From Vulcanimicrobiota bacterium (GTDB taxonomy: Bacteria; Vulcanimicrobiota; Vulcanimicrobiia; Vulcanimicrobiales; Vulcanimicrobiaceae): a DNA stretch of 64,000 bases. The number at the start of each line of letters is the position of its first letter. Within the stretch, counting starts at the first letter, position 1. This document shows positions 29,932 through 40,741 of the stretch, piece by piece. The position numbers were made by a program, and so were the translations under genes. The notes beneath the pieces were generated by a model. That model had not been told where the DNA came from, made no database searches, and worked only from the letters and a program-made list of their open reading frames with translations. The stretch covers positions 1,888,001-1,952,000 of the forward strand of contig OY970223.1 of NCBI GenBank assembly GCA_963714015.1, written 5' to 3'.

Positions 29932-30894
29932 CTACTGTTTGCACGCGCCGAGTTTGTTGCTCCACAACGGCTGCGTCGGGAACGTTCCGGTGGAGAACTT
30001 CGTGTTTTGCAGATCCTGCCAAGCGCACGCGTCGCCAATCTCTCCGAGCGGTCCGTTCCAGCCGCTAAAGGGCTGCGGATCGGTCTCGGTCTCGCCCTGT
30101 TCGTGTCCTTCGACGATCGACACGCCGTCATCGGTTCCGGGACTGTTCACCGAACCGGCGCCGCACGCTTGACCGGGATCGGGCATGTACGGCAAATTGG
30201 TGAACGCGATCGGGTTGCCGTTCTCGGTCTCATTGCTGTGCCACGCGCAGTATTCCGTACCGAAACCTGCCGGCAGGATGCCGTGCGGCATCGCAACGAC
30301 GTAGCTGGCGCTGTTCGTGTAGTCGCCGAAGTGTTTGGCAGCGCGCGCGGCTTCTGCGCCGATTTGCCCGTCGGTCGGCGACTGCGGCGGTTGATTCGCA
30401 CTATCCACATAAGCTCCGGCAAGGGTGGTAGTGTTCTTGATGAACGTCTTGACAGGTCCGTAGTACTGCGTGAGGGTGCCGGTCCATTGACTCCCATTCA
30501 GTCCCTTGGTAAACGTCCTGAGCACTTTTTGGACTCCGTCGGGATCGCCGCTCTTGCTGCTCCACGCCTTGCCCCAGAACACGATGTACATCTTTGGGCT
30601 GGCCTGAATCGGGCCGCCGCCGTAATTCAGATTGTCCGATTTCGACGGCGCGATGAGGCCCAGCGTTTGTGCGCGCGCGTAATCCTGACGCGTCGGAAAA
30701 TACGACGCCGTCATGCCGTTGTCGAGCACTTTGGTGAAGACGCTTTGCGTCGTACGCGCCGACGGAACGATGCGCCCGCCGCCTACCGACGACGGAAGAT
30801 TTTGCGTTTGCGGAATTGCGGCGCTGTGTTGGCCGCAAGCTGCCAGCATCGACGCAGCCGCCGCGAGCGCGGCAAATTTGGTCACTCTATGCAC
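29932..30894 (-). CDS. Lipoprotein with Phi-1/EXORDIUM-like domain, paralog 1
   Basis: Lipobox MLAAC; LNYGGGP, YIVFWG, YCAWH, HEQGETETDP, EIGDAC, QPLWSN. Confidence 0.7.
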   Translation of the reverse strand: MHRVTKFAALAAAASMLAACGQHSAAIPQTQNLPSSVGGGRIVPSARTTQSVFTKVLDNGMTASYFPTRQDYARAQTLGLIAPSKSDNLNYGGGPIQASPKMYIVFWGKAWSSKSGDPDGVQKVLRTFTKGLNGSQWTGTLTQYYGPVKTFIKNTTTLAGAYVDSANQPPQSPTDGQIGAEAARAAKHFGDYTNSASYVVAMPHGILPAGFGTEYCAWHSNETENGNPIAFTNLPYMPDPGQACGAGSVNSPGTDDGVSIVEGHEQGETETDPQPFSGWNGPLGEIGDACAWQDLQNTKFSTGTFPTQPLWSNKLGACKQ

Positions 30895-30988
30895 GAAGAA
30901 AAACCCCTTCAAACTAACGGTTTCAGAGAAAAGTATCTCTGACGTTTCTCTGCGTTCGAGGGTGTCCTTCGAGTGAGGACTAGTATCT

Positions 30989-31207
30989 TTACACTATAGC
31001 CTTTCGGACACGCTTTGCGTTCGCGTGAGAGTGATGCAAACTCTGCGTTACTGTGCCGTTACCGAGTCCGGGTGCGGGTGCCGGAGCGACGGGAGCTTGT
31101 GCGGCACTGTGCGGAAGAGGTTGAACCGCACCACCGCCGGCGCATGCCGCCAGCATCGCGGACATCGTAGCCGCTGCGGCGATTTTGGAAATTCTCCGCA
31201 CGAACAT
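30989..31207 (-). CDS. Small lipoprotein resembling the N-terminus of the flanking paralogs
   Basis: VRRISKIAAAATMSAMLAAC lipobox; no catalytic domain follows. Confidence 0.5.
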   Translation of the reverse strand: MFVRRISKIAAAATMSAMLAACAGGGAVQPLPHSAAQAPVAPAPAPGLGNGTVTQSLHHSHANAKRVRKAIV

Positions 31208-31296
31208 CCCCCATTTGAAAAGAGCGCAGCATTTTCTTATCGAGCGTTACGCTTGATGCCGCGCGCTCCCTCGCACTTCTGTTAGTCCATATGTAC

Positions 31297-31331
31297 TAAA
31301 AAAGAGGCCCCGCCGCGAAGGCGAGGCCTTT
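31297..31331 (-). terminator. Terminator after paralog 2
   Basis: AGGCCCCGCC-GCGAA-GGCGAGGCCT preceded by an A-run; similar to the hairpin at 29882. Confidence 0.65.
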
Positions 31332-31354
31332 CGTACTCACGCTTTGATTCGTCG

Positions 31355-32300
31355 TTACTGAACGCAGCCGTTATTCTTGTTGCTCCAGAGCGGCTGAGTC
31401 GGGTAAGTGCCGTTGGTGAACGCCGTGTTTTGAAGGTTTTCCCACGCGCACTTGTCGCCAATCTCTTGGCCGCTGGAATCGCACCAGCCGCTGCAGGGGC
31501 GGGGATCGGTTTCAGTCTCGGCTTGCTCGTGTCCGCCGACGATCGTGACGCCGTCGTTCGTTCCGGGGCTGTTGACTGAGCCTTGACCGCAGCTGAAATC
31601 CGGCGTCGGGCATGTACGGCAGATCGGTGTACTGAATCGTGCCGCCCGAGCCCGATTCGTCGTCGTGCCATGCGCACCACTGGTTGCCGAACGCGGTCGG
31701 ATCGTGTCCGTGCGGCAGCGCGACGACATAGCTGGCGCTCACCGAATAATTACGGAAATGCGAAGCGCCGCGCTTGGCTTCATTGCCTACAGCCGTATCC
31801 GAAGGATGCGTCGGCGGCGTGCTTCCCGTGTCGACCCACGTGCTTTGCAGAACGGTGTCGTCATTGATGTACGTTCCGCTCGGGCCGTAATACTGCGTCA
31901 TCGAGCTCGGCCAGCTCGCGCCGTTCCAACCGGCGTAGAATTGATCGAGCAGCGATTTGACGCCGTCCGGATCGCCGGAGGAACCGTTCCACGAGCTTCC
32001 CCAGAAGATGACGTAGACTTTCGGGTTGGGCTGAATGGGACCGCCGCCGTACTGCAAATTGTTTGCCGGCGGTTGAACGCTCCGGAATCTCGCAGCTTCT
32101 TGGCGCGTCGGGAAGTAGTGAACGAGGTGTCCGTTATCCGCCATTCGTGTAAAGCTCGACGCGCCGCCGGCTCCCACCGGTGAAACGTGCGTCGATGCCG
32201 GAGCGTTTTGCGAACCGGGAACCGCCCCGGTTTGACTGCCGCAAGCAGCCAAAATTGCCGATGCGGCTGCAAAGGCGGCTACAGTTGAAAGATTTCGCAC
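31355..32300 (-). CDS. Lipoprotein with Phi-1/EXORDIUM-like domain, paralog 2 (frameshift near 31596)
   Basis: Lipobox ILAAC; LQYGGGP, YVIFWG, WCAWH, HEQAETETDP, EIGDKC, QPLWSN. Confidence 0.7.
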
Positions 32301-32413
32301 AAATAAAACCCTCCCGAGGTTTTTGGTGCAGCGGTGATATGAGGCCGACGTTTGTCGGGCGCCCATGGTTTCCTAGTGGCACTTAACCGATAGCTGACAT
32401 TTGCCTGAAGAAC

Positions 32414-32992
32414 CTAAAGCAGGTTCACCTGCCCTGTTTTCAAGTCGTAGACGCCGCCCGCGACCTGGACGCGACCCGCTTCGACTGCATCGCGAATTAC
32501 GGGCGCCGAGTCCTCGAGCAGCCCAACCGTGCGCCGCACGTTCTCCACTACCGCCGCGTGCCACAGATCGTCGGCTCTTCCGGCCGCACGTACCGCCGGC
32601 ACGACTGCGTCGGCCAGTGCCTGCATACGTCCCGGAAGCGGGACGCCGGTTTGGATAAAATCGATTGCGGCCTTGACTGCACCGCAAGACGTGTGTCCGA
32701 GTACCATGATGAGCGGCGACTCGAGCACGGCGGTGGCGTATTCGATAGAGCCCAGGGCGGCTTCGCTCAGGAAGTTGCCCGCGAGGCGGACCACGAAAAT
32801 TTCTCCCGGGTCGTGGTCGAAAATGGCCTCCACGGGGACTCGCGAGTCCGCGCACCCAAGGACCGTCGCGAAAGGCCGCTGCAGGGCGGCTAAGCGCGAG
32901 ATGGTCTCGATCGTCGGCCTGCTCGCCGGCGTTCCGGCCACGAACCGGGCGTTACCGTCCATTAGGTTCTGAAGTGCATTTCGTCCGGGCAT
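32414..32992 (-). CDS. Beta-class carbonic anhydrase
   Basis: LMDGNARF, GCADSRV, GSIEYA, LGHTSCGAV, YDLKTG. Confidence 0.92.
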   Translation of the reverse strand: MPGRNALQNLMDGNARFVAGTPASRPTIETISRLAALQRPFATVLGCADSRVPVEAIFDHDPGEIFVVRLAGNFLSEAALGSIEYATAVLESPLIMVLGHTSCGAVKAAIDFIQTGVPLPGRMQALADAVVPAVRAAGRADDLWHAAVVENVRRTVGLLEDSAPVIRDAVEAGRVQVAGGVYDLKTGQVNLL

Positions 32993-33054
32993 CGGCGCGG
33001 AGCGTTCGGCGGCCCCTTGCAGCGGTCCCGGGCCCTCTGCTATGATGTGCGACG

Positions 33055-33185
33055 GCTCCAAAGACCGTAGCTCGTCCCCTCGGGGACCTTAATGCCGGAA
33101 ACGGCGGCTACCGAGGACGTGATACGAGGTGCATTGCGCGGCGCGCAATGTGGTTCCGATGCGTTCCTTCGGCAGGCTGGAGGAG
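33055..33185 (+). ncRNA. Ribosomal protein L10 leader (autoregulatory RNA)
   Basis: CCAAAGACCGTAG...TTAA...CTACCGAGG...CCTTCGG...TGGAG pattern upstream of rplJ; extended -10 TGCTATGAT at ~33038-33046. Confidence 0.75.
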
Positions 33186-33261
33186 CGCTTTTTATTAGCC
33201 CCGTCTGGAGGTGACTCGAACATCAGGCACTCCGCCGATGCCGGGGGCCGAAGGCCGGGCG

Positions 33262-33319
33262 CCCCACGCGCTTTGCGTGTGGGGGGCGTGACGCGCGAAG
33301 CGCGGATACGCCTGTTAAA
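33262..33319 (+). repeat. Two-hairpin intergenic motif, copy B (before rplJ)
   Basis: CCCCACGCGC-TTT-GCGTGTGGGG, GGCGT...ACGCC, TGTTAAA. Confidence 0.7.
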
Positions 33320-33331
33320 CGGAGCACACTC

Positions 33332-33865
33332 ATGCCAACCGCCAAAAAAGAGACCGCGATTGGAGAACTGAAAGACCGGCTTGCCAAGTCGGGCAATCTG
33401 TTTTTCACAAATTATGCGGGCTTGACCGTTCAGGAGATCACGCGCTTGCGCGGCGAGCTCCGCAAAGACGGCAGCACGTACGCGGTCGCGAAAAACACGC
33501 TGTTTTCGATTGCCGCGGGCGAAGATCTCGCGCGGCAGCTCGAACAGTTTTTGCATGGTCCTACGGCCATCGTGTTCGCCGGAGACGATCCGGTCGCGCC
33601 GGCCAAGGCGATCAAGAAATTCTCCGACGACGTCAAACCGATCGAAGTCAAGGCCGCATTCATCGAAGGCCGTGTCGTCGATGCAGCGCAAGTCAAGGCG
33701 CTCGCTGCGCTTCCTTCTCGCGAAGAACTCCTCGCAAGGATGGTTGGTTCGATCGCCGGCCCGCTGCGCGGTCTCGTTACCGTGCTTTCGGGAAATCAAA
33801 GCGGACTGGTCCGCGTCCTCAATTCCATCCGCGAGCAAAGAGAAGCCGCGGGTTCGAACGCTTAA
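33332..33865 (+). CDS. rplJ: 50S ribosomal protein L10
   Basis: YAGLTV, VAKNTL, GPTAIVF, LPSREELLA. Confidence 0.96.
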   Translation: MPTAKKETAIGELKDRLAKSGNLFFTNYAGLTVQEITRLRGELRKDGSTYAVAKNTLFSIAAGEDLARQLEQFLHGPTAIVFAGDDPVAPAKAIKKFSDDVKPIEVKAAFIEGRVVDAAQVKALAALPSREELLARMVGSIAGPLRGLVTVLSGNQSGLVRVLNSIREQREAAGSNA

Positions 33866-33883
33866 AGGAGACCCTTACGTATC

Positions 33884-34258
33884 ATGGCATTAGCCGAAAT
33901 CATCGAATCGATCGATAAACTCACCGTGCTCGAGCTCGCGGATCTCGTCAAACAGCTCGAAGAGAAATACGGCGTCAGCGCCGCCGCTCCGGCGATGATG
34001 ATGGCCGCCCCAGGCGCCGGCGCCGCAGCCGCACCGGCCGCCGAGAAGACCGAGTTCGACGTTATCCTGCAGAGCGCGGGCGCCGAGAAGATTAAGGTCA
34101 TCAAGGCCGTGCGCGAGATCACGAGCCTGGGCCTTACCGAGGCCAAGACGTTCGTTGAGAGCGCGCCCAAGCCGGTCAAGGAAGGCGTCAGCAAAGACGA
34201 GGCCGAGAGCGTTAAGAAGAAGCTCGAAGACGCAGGCGCGAGCGTCGAAGTCAAGTAG
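33884..34258 (+). CDS. rplL: 50S ribosomal protein L7/L12
   Basis: [46 protein letters not shown]. Confidence 0.98.
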   Translation: MALAEIIESIDKLTVLELADLVKQLEEKYGVSAAAPAMMMAAPGAGAAAAPAAEKTEFDVILQSAGAEKIKVIKAVREITSLGLTEAKTFVESAPKPVKEGVSKDEAESVKKKLEDAGASVEVK

Positions 34259-34276
34259 CCGCCGCGATATCAATGA

Positions 34277-34310
34277 AAAGGGGAGTGTGCCTTACGGCAC
34301 GCTCCTTTTT
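34277..34310 (+). terminator. Terminator after rplL
   Basis: GGAGTGTGCC-TTAC-GGCACGCTCC followed by a T-run. Confidence 0.8.
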
Positions 34311-34380
34311 GCTTTTGCGGTGCTATACTTCGGCTAGGGTCAGCCACAGTCTCTTAAGACTGTTAATCGGAGGTGCAGAG

Positions 34381-34839
34381 ATGCGCAGATTCTCGATTTC
34401 CCTGGCGGTCCTGCTCTTTGTCGTGTGTGCGGCCGGAACGTATGCCGCGAATAGCCCGACGATCGTCATGCCCTCGCAACTTAAGTGGAGCACGGCAGCG
34501 GTTCCAAAGGGAATGTCGATGGCGGTTGTGAGCGGAAATCCGAACGGTACGGGATGGTACGTGGTTCGCATCAAGATGAGCCCGGGATCGAAGTTTCCCG
34601 TTCACGTGCATAGCGGAGACGAACGCGTCACCGTTTTGCAGGGCACGTTGCTCGCCGGTATCGGTCCGAAGTGGAACACCGCCGCGATGAAACCGCTTCC
34701 CGTCGGAACGTACGTCGTCATGCCTGCGGGAGTTCCGCATTACGTGATGGCTCAGGGCGACGTTATCGTCGACGTTTCCGGTCAAGGACCGATGACCACG
34801 AAGATGCTCGGGAGCGGCGGCGGCAACACGAGCATGTAG
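34381..34839 (+). CDS. Secreted cupin-domain protein
   Basis: Signal peptide; PVHVHSGDERVTVLQG, MPAGVPHY; GGAGG RBS. Confidence 0.8.
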   Translation: MRRFSISLAVLLFVVCAAGTYAANSPTIVMPSQLKWSTAAVPKGMSMAVVSGNPNGTGWYVVRIKMSPGSKFPVHVHSGDERVTVLQGTLLAGIGPKWNTAAMKPLPVGTYVVMPAGVPHYVMAQGDVIVDVSGQGPMTTKMLGSGGGNTSM

Positions 34840-34868
34840 ATTCCGTTTGGCGGCCGAAACCCGGGTCC

Positions 34869-35372
34869 ATGAACGGACCCGGCCAGCCGCCGCTCGGAAC
34901 GACGGCGCTCATCTATGTCATCCTCATCGCACTCTTCGTCTGGCGCACGATGCGCCCGATGCGCGTCAGCGCCGCGCGCATTTGGTCGCGCCCCATCCTT
35001 TTGGTTTTAGTTACGGCCGTTTCGATTTGGACCGAGCAGGCAATGTCGCACGGACCGGCGTGGGAAATTGCCGCAATCGTTATCGCGGGCGCGATTCTTG
35101 GAATTCCGCTCGGCATCGTGCGCGGGCGGCACAGCGAGGTCAAAGGAACGGAACGCCCGGGCGTTTTTTACGTGCACTCCTCGCCGGTGGTGGTCGTCGT
35201 CTGGCTGCTTGCGTTTCTCGCGCGCGCGGTGGTGCGTTATGCGCTGCCGCATGCGAGCAGCGGAGTAACGGTGTGGAGCCTCGGGCTGCTGGCATTCGCG
35301 ACCTCCGCTATCGCGGTGTCGGCGTACATGGTTCACCAGAAGCTGATCGTCGTGCAGCGGGGAACGGCTTAA
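34869..35372 (+). CDS. CcdC/DUF1453-like membrane protein
   Basis: About five hydrophobic segments, LGIVRG motif. Confidence 0.6.
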   Translation: MNGPGQPPLGTTALIYVILIALFVWRTMRPMRVSAARIWSRPILLVLVTAVSIWTEQAMSHGPAWEIAAIVIAGAILGIPLGIVRGRHSEVKGTERPGVFYVHSSPVVVVVWLLAFLARAVVRYALPHASSGVTVWSLGLLAFATSAIAVSAYMVHQKLIVVQRGTA

Positions 35373-35394
35373 CGCCGATCCCCGCTTTTCAGTA

Positions 35395-37443
35395 TCACCA
35401 GATCTGGCACTGCTGCGACTTGGGCCGAACCATCGGGTCGTTCAACTTGCAGAAGAAGGCCTTCGCAAACTGCGGCATGTCGCTCAGGGTTTGATTTACG
35501 CGGAACTTGTCATAGCCGTGGACGTCCGTTTCGGCGGCCATCCGGATGTACTCGGGTCGATAGTCGCTGGCCCAAACTTGCGCCCATCCCATGAAAAAGC
35601 GCTGCTCCGGAGTAAACCCGTCGATGACGCGGCGCGGATGCTGCGCCTGGTATTTCTCGAACGCCTTGTAGGCGATCGTCAATCCGCCCAAATCGGCGAT
35701 CTCTTCGCCTTCGACTTGCTTGCCGATTTCGTGCACGCCCGGAAGCGGCTGGAGTCGATTCCACTGATCGACGATGCACTGCGTGCGCGCGTTGAAACGC
35801 GCCGCGTCAGCCGGCGTCCACCAATCGGTTAGATTGCCGACCGCGTCAAACTTGCGGCCGGAGTCGTCGAAGCCGTGCGTCGACTCGTGACCGATCACGG
35901 CGCCGATGCCCCCGTAGTTTACCGCCATATCGGCGTCTTTGTTGAAGAACGGCGGCTGAAGAATGCCGGCGGGGAAAACGATCTCGTTAATCGTCGGATT
36001 GTAATACGCATTGACGGTAGGCGGCGTCATCCCCCACTCCGTGCGATCGACCGGATGACCGATCTTCGCATTCTCGAAATCGGTTTGGAATTGCGCCGAC
36101 GCCAGGATGTTCTTTCCATAGAGGCCGCGCGTGATCGCGAGCTTACCGTAATCGCGCCACTTGTTGGGATAGCCGATCTTCAGTTCGAAGGCGTCGAGCT
36201 TCTTGATCGCAAGTGAGCGCGTGCGCGGCGACATCCACGAGAGCGTGCTGAAGTCGTCGCGAAGCTCCGCCTTGATGTTCTGGACCATCGCAAGAGCGGA
36301 CGCTTTGGCGGAAGGCGGAAAGGTCTTCTGCACGTAGATTTGGCCGAGCGCTTCCCCCAGGTTGTTGTCCGTCGCGGCGACGCAGGTCTTCCACCGCGGC
36401 CGCTGCGCTCGAGCGCCTTCCAGAGTCTTGCTGTAAAAGTTCCAGTTTTCGTCGACGAACTGCTGCGGCAGCGCGGTAGCGAAGGCGTGCACGACCTGCC
36501 AGCGCAGATACGTGTGCATGTCCGGCGCAGGCATCGACGAGATCATTTGCGAGACGGCCTTGAAGTACGCCGGCTCTTCAACGTTCAGCGGCACCGTGGC
36601 GGGAACGTGGTACGTGTCGAAATAGGAGGCGAACTGCATGTTCGGCGCGATGTTTTCTGCGTTCGCGAGCGTCATCTTATGGTACACGGCGGCCGGATCT
36701 CGCTGCTGAACGATCGTCAGCTGATTCTTTGCCAGCGCCGTCTCGGTCGCCAAGACCGATGCCGCTTCTTGTGAAGCGGCCGCCGGCGAGTCACCAAGCA
36801 GCTGGAACATCTTCGCGACATGCTGCTGATACTCGGCGAGAGTCTCTTTGCTCTTCGCGTCCGTGCGCGTGTAATAATCGCGATCGGGAAGGCCGAGCCC
36901 GCCTTGAGCGAGGTCGGCGAGATTTTGCGTGCTGTTCTTGTAATCCGGCGATGGGCCGAAGCCGAAGAACGCGTTTACGTTAGCGGCTTGGAGCTGCGCC
37001 AGGGTTTGGCCCAAATTCTGAGGCGTTGCATCGGCAGCCAGCTCGAGGAGGGAAGCAATCGGCTTTGTTCCGGCGGCGTTGATGGCCGCCACGTTCATGC
37101 AGCTCGCGTAGAAGTCGCCGATCTTTTGTTCGTTGGATCCGGCGGGAGCTTTGGCGGCAGCGGCTTGATTGAGAATTCCGTGCAGCACGTCTTGATTCCG
37201 GTCCGCAAGTTTTTGAAAGCTGCCGTACCCGGGATATGCCGCCGGAATGGGATTGTGCTTTATCCAGCCGCCGTCGGCAAATTGATAAAAGTCGGTGCAG
37301 GGCTTGCAGGTACGATCGAGGTTGCCCAGATCGATGCCGCTCTGCAGCCCGACCGCGGCGCGAACGTTCGGATCGACGATCGCGAGTGCCAATAAGCTTG
37401 CAGCAGCGACGACTCGAAGAGCCCCAGAGTATGTAAAGCGCAT
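35395..37443 (-). CDS. M13 (neprilysin-like) metalloendopeptidase
   Basis: PCTDFYQFADGGW, KIGYP, VNAYY, HESTH (HExxH), EEIAD. Confidence 0.93.
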   Translation of the reverse strand: MRFTYSGALRVVAAASLLALAIVDPNVRAAVGLQSGIDLGNLDRTCKPCTDFYQFADGGWIKHNPIPAAYPGYGSFQKLADRNQDVLHGILNQAAAAKAPAGSNEQKIGDFYASCMNVAAINAAGTKPIASLLELAADATPQNLGQTLAQLQAANVNAFFGFGPSPDYKNSTQNLADLAQGGLGLPDRDYYTRTDAKSKETLAEYQQHVAKMFQLLGDSPAAASQEAASVLATETALAKNQLTIVQQRDPAAVYHKMTLANAENIAPNMQFASYFDTYHVPATVPLNVEEPAYFKAVSQMISSMPAPDMHTYLRWQVVHAFATALPQQFVDENWNFYSKTLEGARAQRPRWKTCVAATDNNLGEALGQIYVQKTFPPSAKASALAMVQNIKAELRDDFSTLSWMSPRTRSLAIKKLDAFELKIGYPNKWRDYGKLAITRGLYGKNILASAQFQTDFENAKIGHPVDRTEWGMTPPTVNAYYNPTINEIVFPAGILQPPFFNKDADMAVNYGGIGAVIGHESTHGFDDSGRKFDAVGNLTDWWTPADAARFNARTQCIVDQWNRLQPLPGVHEIGKQVEGEEIADLGGLTIAYKAFEKYQAQHPRRVIDGFTPEQRFFMGWAQVWASDYRPEYIRMAAETDVHGYDKFRVNQTLSDMPQFAKAFFCKLNDPMVRPKSQQCQIW

Positions 37444-37491
37444 AGTTCTCCGTAGAAGGGCGGTGAATAGTCCACCTCTTCGACTCGAGAT

Positions 37492-38406
37492 TTAGCAGAA
37501 CTTCCAGCCTGGCGGGCACGTCGGGCGAGGCAGGCCGGCGTTCTGTCCTGCGGGTCTAGTTCGCGCCGGGCGGGGTGCGCCGGATTGGCGCCGCGGCGCG
37601 CCGCATCCGCCTTTGTATTGGCTGTAGAACCCCGAATAGCTCAACGGCGTACCGCACGCTTCATTCGGGTTGAAATTTCCGAACAATCCGGGATCCGATG
37701 CAAACTCGTCCTCCAGCGCGCCGATGCGGTGCTCGTTGCTCGGGTGATCCGAGACGAATTCCGGTTGATTGGAGAGATTGGCGTTTTGAAACGCTTGCAT
37801 GAGCCACACGAGTCCCCACGGGTCGATGCCCGCTTGCGCGCAGGTTATCGCGCCTTTGTGATCGGCGTTCTCTTCCACGTCACGCGAGAAATGGAGCGAC
37901 TCCAGGTTTGCAGCGATGTTGATGATCGAGTTCGCATATCCGCCGACGCTGCGCCCGAACAGCAACTCCAAGCCCGTCGCATACAGGGAGAGCCGTTGAT
38001 TCTTTGCGTACAGGTTGTAGACGTCGTGGTGGATGTCGTGTGAGGTTTCGTGACAGAGCACTCCCGCGAGTTGTTCTTTGTTCTTCACGAATTTCATCAG
38101 CGCCGTCGTCACGTAGACGTTACCGCCCGGAACGGCAAACGCGTTGGGGTCGCTTTCGTTGACCAAGATGAAGTGGAACGGAACGAAGTACTGCGGGTCG
38201 GCAATTCTTGCAATGCGGGCGGCGATGGGATTCAAAATGCCGTAGTACGGCGACGAGGTGACGATCTCGCCTTTTTGCTGCAGTTGCTGGTACTCTTGCT
38301 GCCCAATCTGCATTTCGGTCTGCTCTTCGTCCGTGTATGCACAAGCCGGCGCCGCGCCGGCCAGCGCGAGCACGCTCGCAAGTATCACCGCCCAAAACCG
38401 GTTCAT
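37492..38406 (-). CDS. M48 family metalloprotease, secreted
   Basis: PNAFAVPGG, HETSH, FSRDVEENAD, SDHP..EHRI. Confidence 0.9.
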   Translation of the reverse strand: MNRFWAVILASVLALAGAAPACAYTDEEQTEMQIGQQEYQQLQQKGEIVTSSPYYGILNPIAARIARIADPQYFVPFHFILVNESDPNAFAVPGGNVYVTTALMKFVKNKEQLAGVLCHETSHDIHHDVYNLYAKNQRLSLYATGLELLFGRSVGGYANSIINIAANLESLHFSRDVEENADHKGAITCAQAGIDPWGLVWLMQAFQNANLSNQPEFVSDHPSNEHRIGALEDEFASDPGLFGNFNPNEACGTPLSYSGFYSQYKGGCGAPRRQSGAPRPARTRPAGQNAGLPRPTCPPGWKFC

Positions 38407-38503
38407 CGTTTCCTTATTCCTCTCCGAGGCTTCAACGAAAAGGAAGCGAGGGCCGTCTCTCGACGCGCCCTCGCTGCTTTTGGATACCGGAGCTTCGTTG
38501 GGC

Positions 38504-40654
38504 TTAGTGCACCAGGAAAGCGACCAGCAGCAGGGCTACGATGTTCAAGACCTTGATCATCGGGTTGATTGCCGGTCCGGCGGTATCTTTGTACGGATCG
38601 CCCACGGTGTCGCCCGTAACCGCAGCCTTGTGCGCTTCGGACCCTTTACCGCCGTTGTGTCCGTCTTCAATATATTTCTTGGCGTTGTCCCATGCGCCGC
38701 CGCCGCTGGTCATCGCAATTGCCAGGAAGAGGCCGGTAACGATTGCGCCGACCAGAATACCGCCCATGATCTGCGCGGCTTCGATCCCGCGAAAAACGCC
38801 GATCGCGCCCAGGATCACCACGATAACCGGCACGCCTACGGGAATGAGCGCCGGCACGATCATCTCTTTGAGCGCGGCGCGCGTCACGATGTCGACCGTC
38901 GAAGCGTAGTCCGGTCGCGCCGTCCCGGCCATGATGCCGGGATTGTTCTTGAATTGCCAGCGCACGTTCTCCACGACTTTGCCGCCGGCGCGTCCGACGG
39001 CTTCCATCGACAGCGACGAGAAGTAGAACGGCAGCATACCGCCGATCAGCAAACCGGCCAGAACGAACGGGTTGCTGATTACGAACTGCCCTTGCAGGGC
39101 TTGCATTGAGAATGCTTCTCCCGCCGGCAAACAATGCGTCGGCAGGACCGAACAATGGTTGGCGAGTTCTTGCAGAAACGATGCGAACAAGACGATCGCC
39201 GCCAACCCCGCGGAACCGATCGCATAGCCTTTGGTCACGGCTTTAGTGGTGTTGCCGACCGCGTCGAGCGGATCGGTGACGTTGCGAACTTCCTGCGGAA
39301 GCTCCGCCATCTCGGCGATACCGCCGGCGTTATCGGTAATCGGCCCGAACGAATCGATCGCCACGATGATGCCGGCCATCGAGAGCATGGCCATAACGGC
39401 GATACCAACGCCGTACAATCCGCATAGGCTGTACGAGCAAAGGATCCCGACCACGATGACGATTCCCGGCAGTGCGGTCGCCTGCATGGAAATGGCCAGG
39501 CCGCTGATGATGTTCGTTGCGTGGCCCGTAATGGAGGCGTTCGCGATACGCTGCACCGGCGAGAACTGCGTGCCCGTAAAGTATTCGGTAATCCACGTGA
39601 TCAGTCCGGTGATAGCCAAACCGATTGCGGCGCAGCCCCAAATGGCGAGCGCGCTTTCCGTGTGTCCTTCAACGAAGATGCCCGCTCCGAACTCCTTGAC
39701 GGTAACGAAATAGAACACGACCGCCGATATGAGCCCGGCTACCGCCAAGCCGACGTACAGCGAATTCATGATCTTGGCGCGATTGACGTTTCCGATCCCG
39801 ACGAAGAAGGTTCCGATGATCGACGCGACGATCGAAATCGCTCCGAGAATAATCGGGAAGGTCGTTGCGCCTGCTATCTTTCCCAGGACGAGATTGCCGA
39901 GCAGCATCGCGGCGACGGTGGTGACGACGTACGTTTCGAACAAGTCGGCCGCCATGCCGGCGCAATCGCCGACGTTGTCGCCGACGTTGTCCGCAATGAC
40001 CGCCGGGTTGCGTGGATCGTCTTCCGGAATTCCGGCTTCCACTTTTCCGACCAAGTCGGCGCCGACGTCCGCCGCTTTCGTATAAATGCCTCCGCCCAAG
40101 CGCGCGAACACGGAAATGAGCGAACATCCGAACGCCAGCCCGATCATGGCGCCGAGCGACTTCGCTTCGTCGCCCGCGTTGAGCGAGAGCAGAATCCAGT
40201 AGTAGCCCGCGACGGCTAGGATGCCGAGCCCGACCACGAGCAGTCCGGTAATGGCGCCGCCGCGAAAAGCTACGTTGAGCGCAGGGCCCAAACCGCCGCG
40301 AGCGGCTTCGGCGGTGCGCACGTTCGCGCGTACCGAGACCATCATGCCGATGAAGCCGGCGGCGCCCGATAGAATGGAGCCGATCAAGAACCCGACGCCG
40401 GTCTCCCATCCCAAGCCGAAGCCGATGATGATGAAGAGCACCACCGCAACGATCGCGACCGTGGTGTATTGGCGCTTGAGAAAGGCCATCGCGCCTTCCT
40501 GAATGGCTCCGGCGATCTCTTGCATCCGTGCGTTTCCGGGCGAGCGGCGGACGATCCAGCTTATAAGGTACAGACCATAAAGAATGGCGAGGATGCCCGC
40601 GCCCACACCTAAATAGATGGCCACGTAGGTGCCAATCCCACTCTGAGAGCTCAT
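38504..40654 (-). CDS. hppA: Membrane-bound H+-translocating pyrophosphatase (K+-independent signature)
   Basis: [35 protein letters not shown] (Lys at the diagnostic position), [10 protein letters not shown]. Confidence 0.95.
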   Translation of the reverse strand: MSSQSGIGTYVAIYLGVGAGILAILYGLYLISWIVRRSPGNARMQEIAGAIQEGAMAFLKRQYTTVAIVAVVLFIIIGFGLGWETGVGFLIGSILSGAAGFIGMMVSVRANVRTAEAARGGLGPALNVAFRGGAITGLLVVGLGILAVAGYYWILLSLNAGDEAKSLGAMIGLAFGCSLISVFARLGGGIYTKAADVGADLVGKVEAGIPEDDPRNPAVIADNVGDNVGDCAGMAADLFETYVVTTVAAMLLGNLVLGKIAGATTFPIILGAISIVASIIGTFFVGIGNVNRAKIMNSLYVGLAVAGLISAVVFYFVTVKEFGAGIFVEGHTESALAIWGCAAIGLAITGLITWITEYFTGTQFSPVQRIANASITGHATNIISGLAISMQATALPGIVIVVGILCSYSLCGLYGVGIAVMAMLSMAGIIVAIDSFGPITDNAGGIAEMAELPQEVRNVTDPLDAVGNTTKAVTKGYAIGSAGLAAIVLFASFLQELANHCSVLPTHCLPAGEAFSMQALQGQFVISNPFVLAGLLIGGMLPFYFSSLSMEAVGRAGGKVVENVRWQFKNNPGIMAGTARPDYASTVDIVTRAALKEMIVPALIPVGVPVIVVILGAIGVFRGIEAAQIMGGILVGAIVTGLFLAIAMTSGGGAWDNAKKYIEDGHNGGKGSEAHKAAVTGDTVGDPYKDTAGPAINPMIKVLNIVALLLVAFLVH

Positions 40655-40741
40655 TCGAATCCTTACGGGTAAGTGCAGTAAATAGCCGCCCGTGCCGTCG
40701 TCGCGACGTCGCAGGGGCGGGTATTGGTCGGTCGGATTGCT

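Noticed and set aside
15963..33054. Prophage, ICE or transposon as carrier of the island
   Set aside because: No integrase, transposase, phage or conjugation genes and no att repeats were identified.
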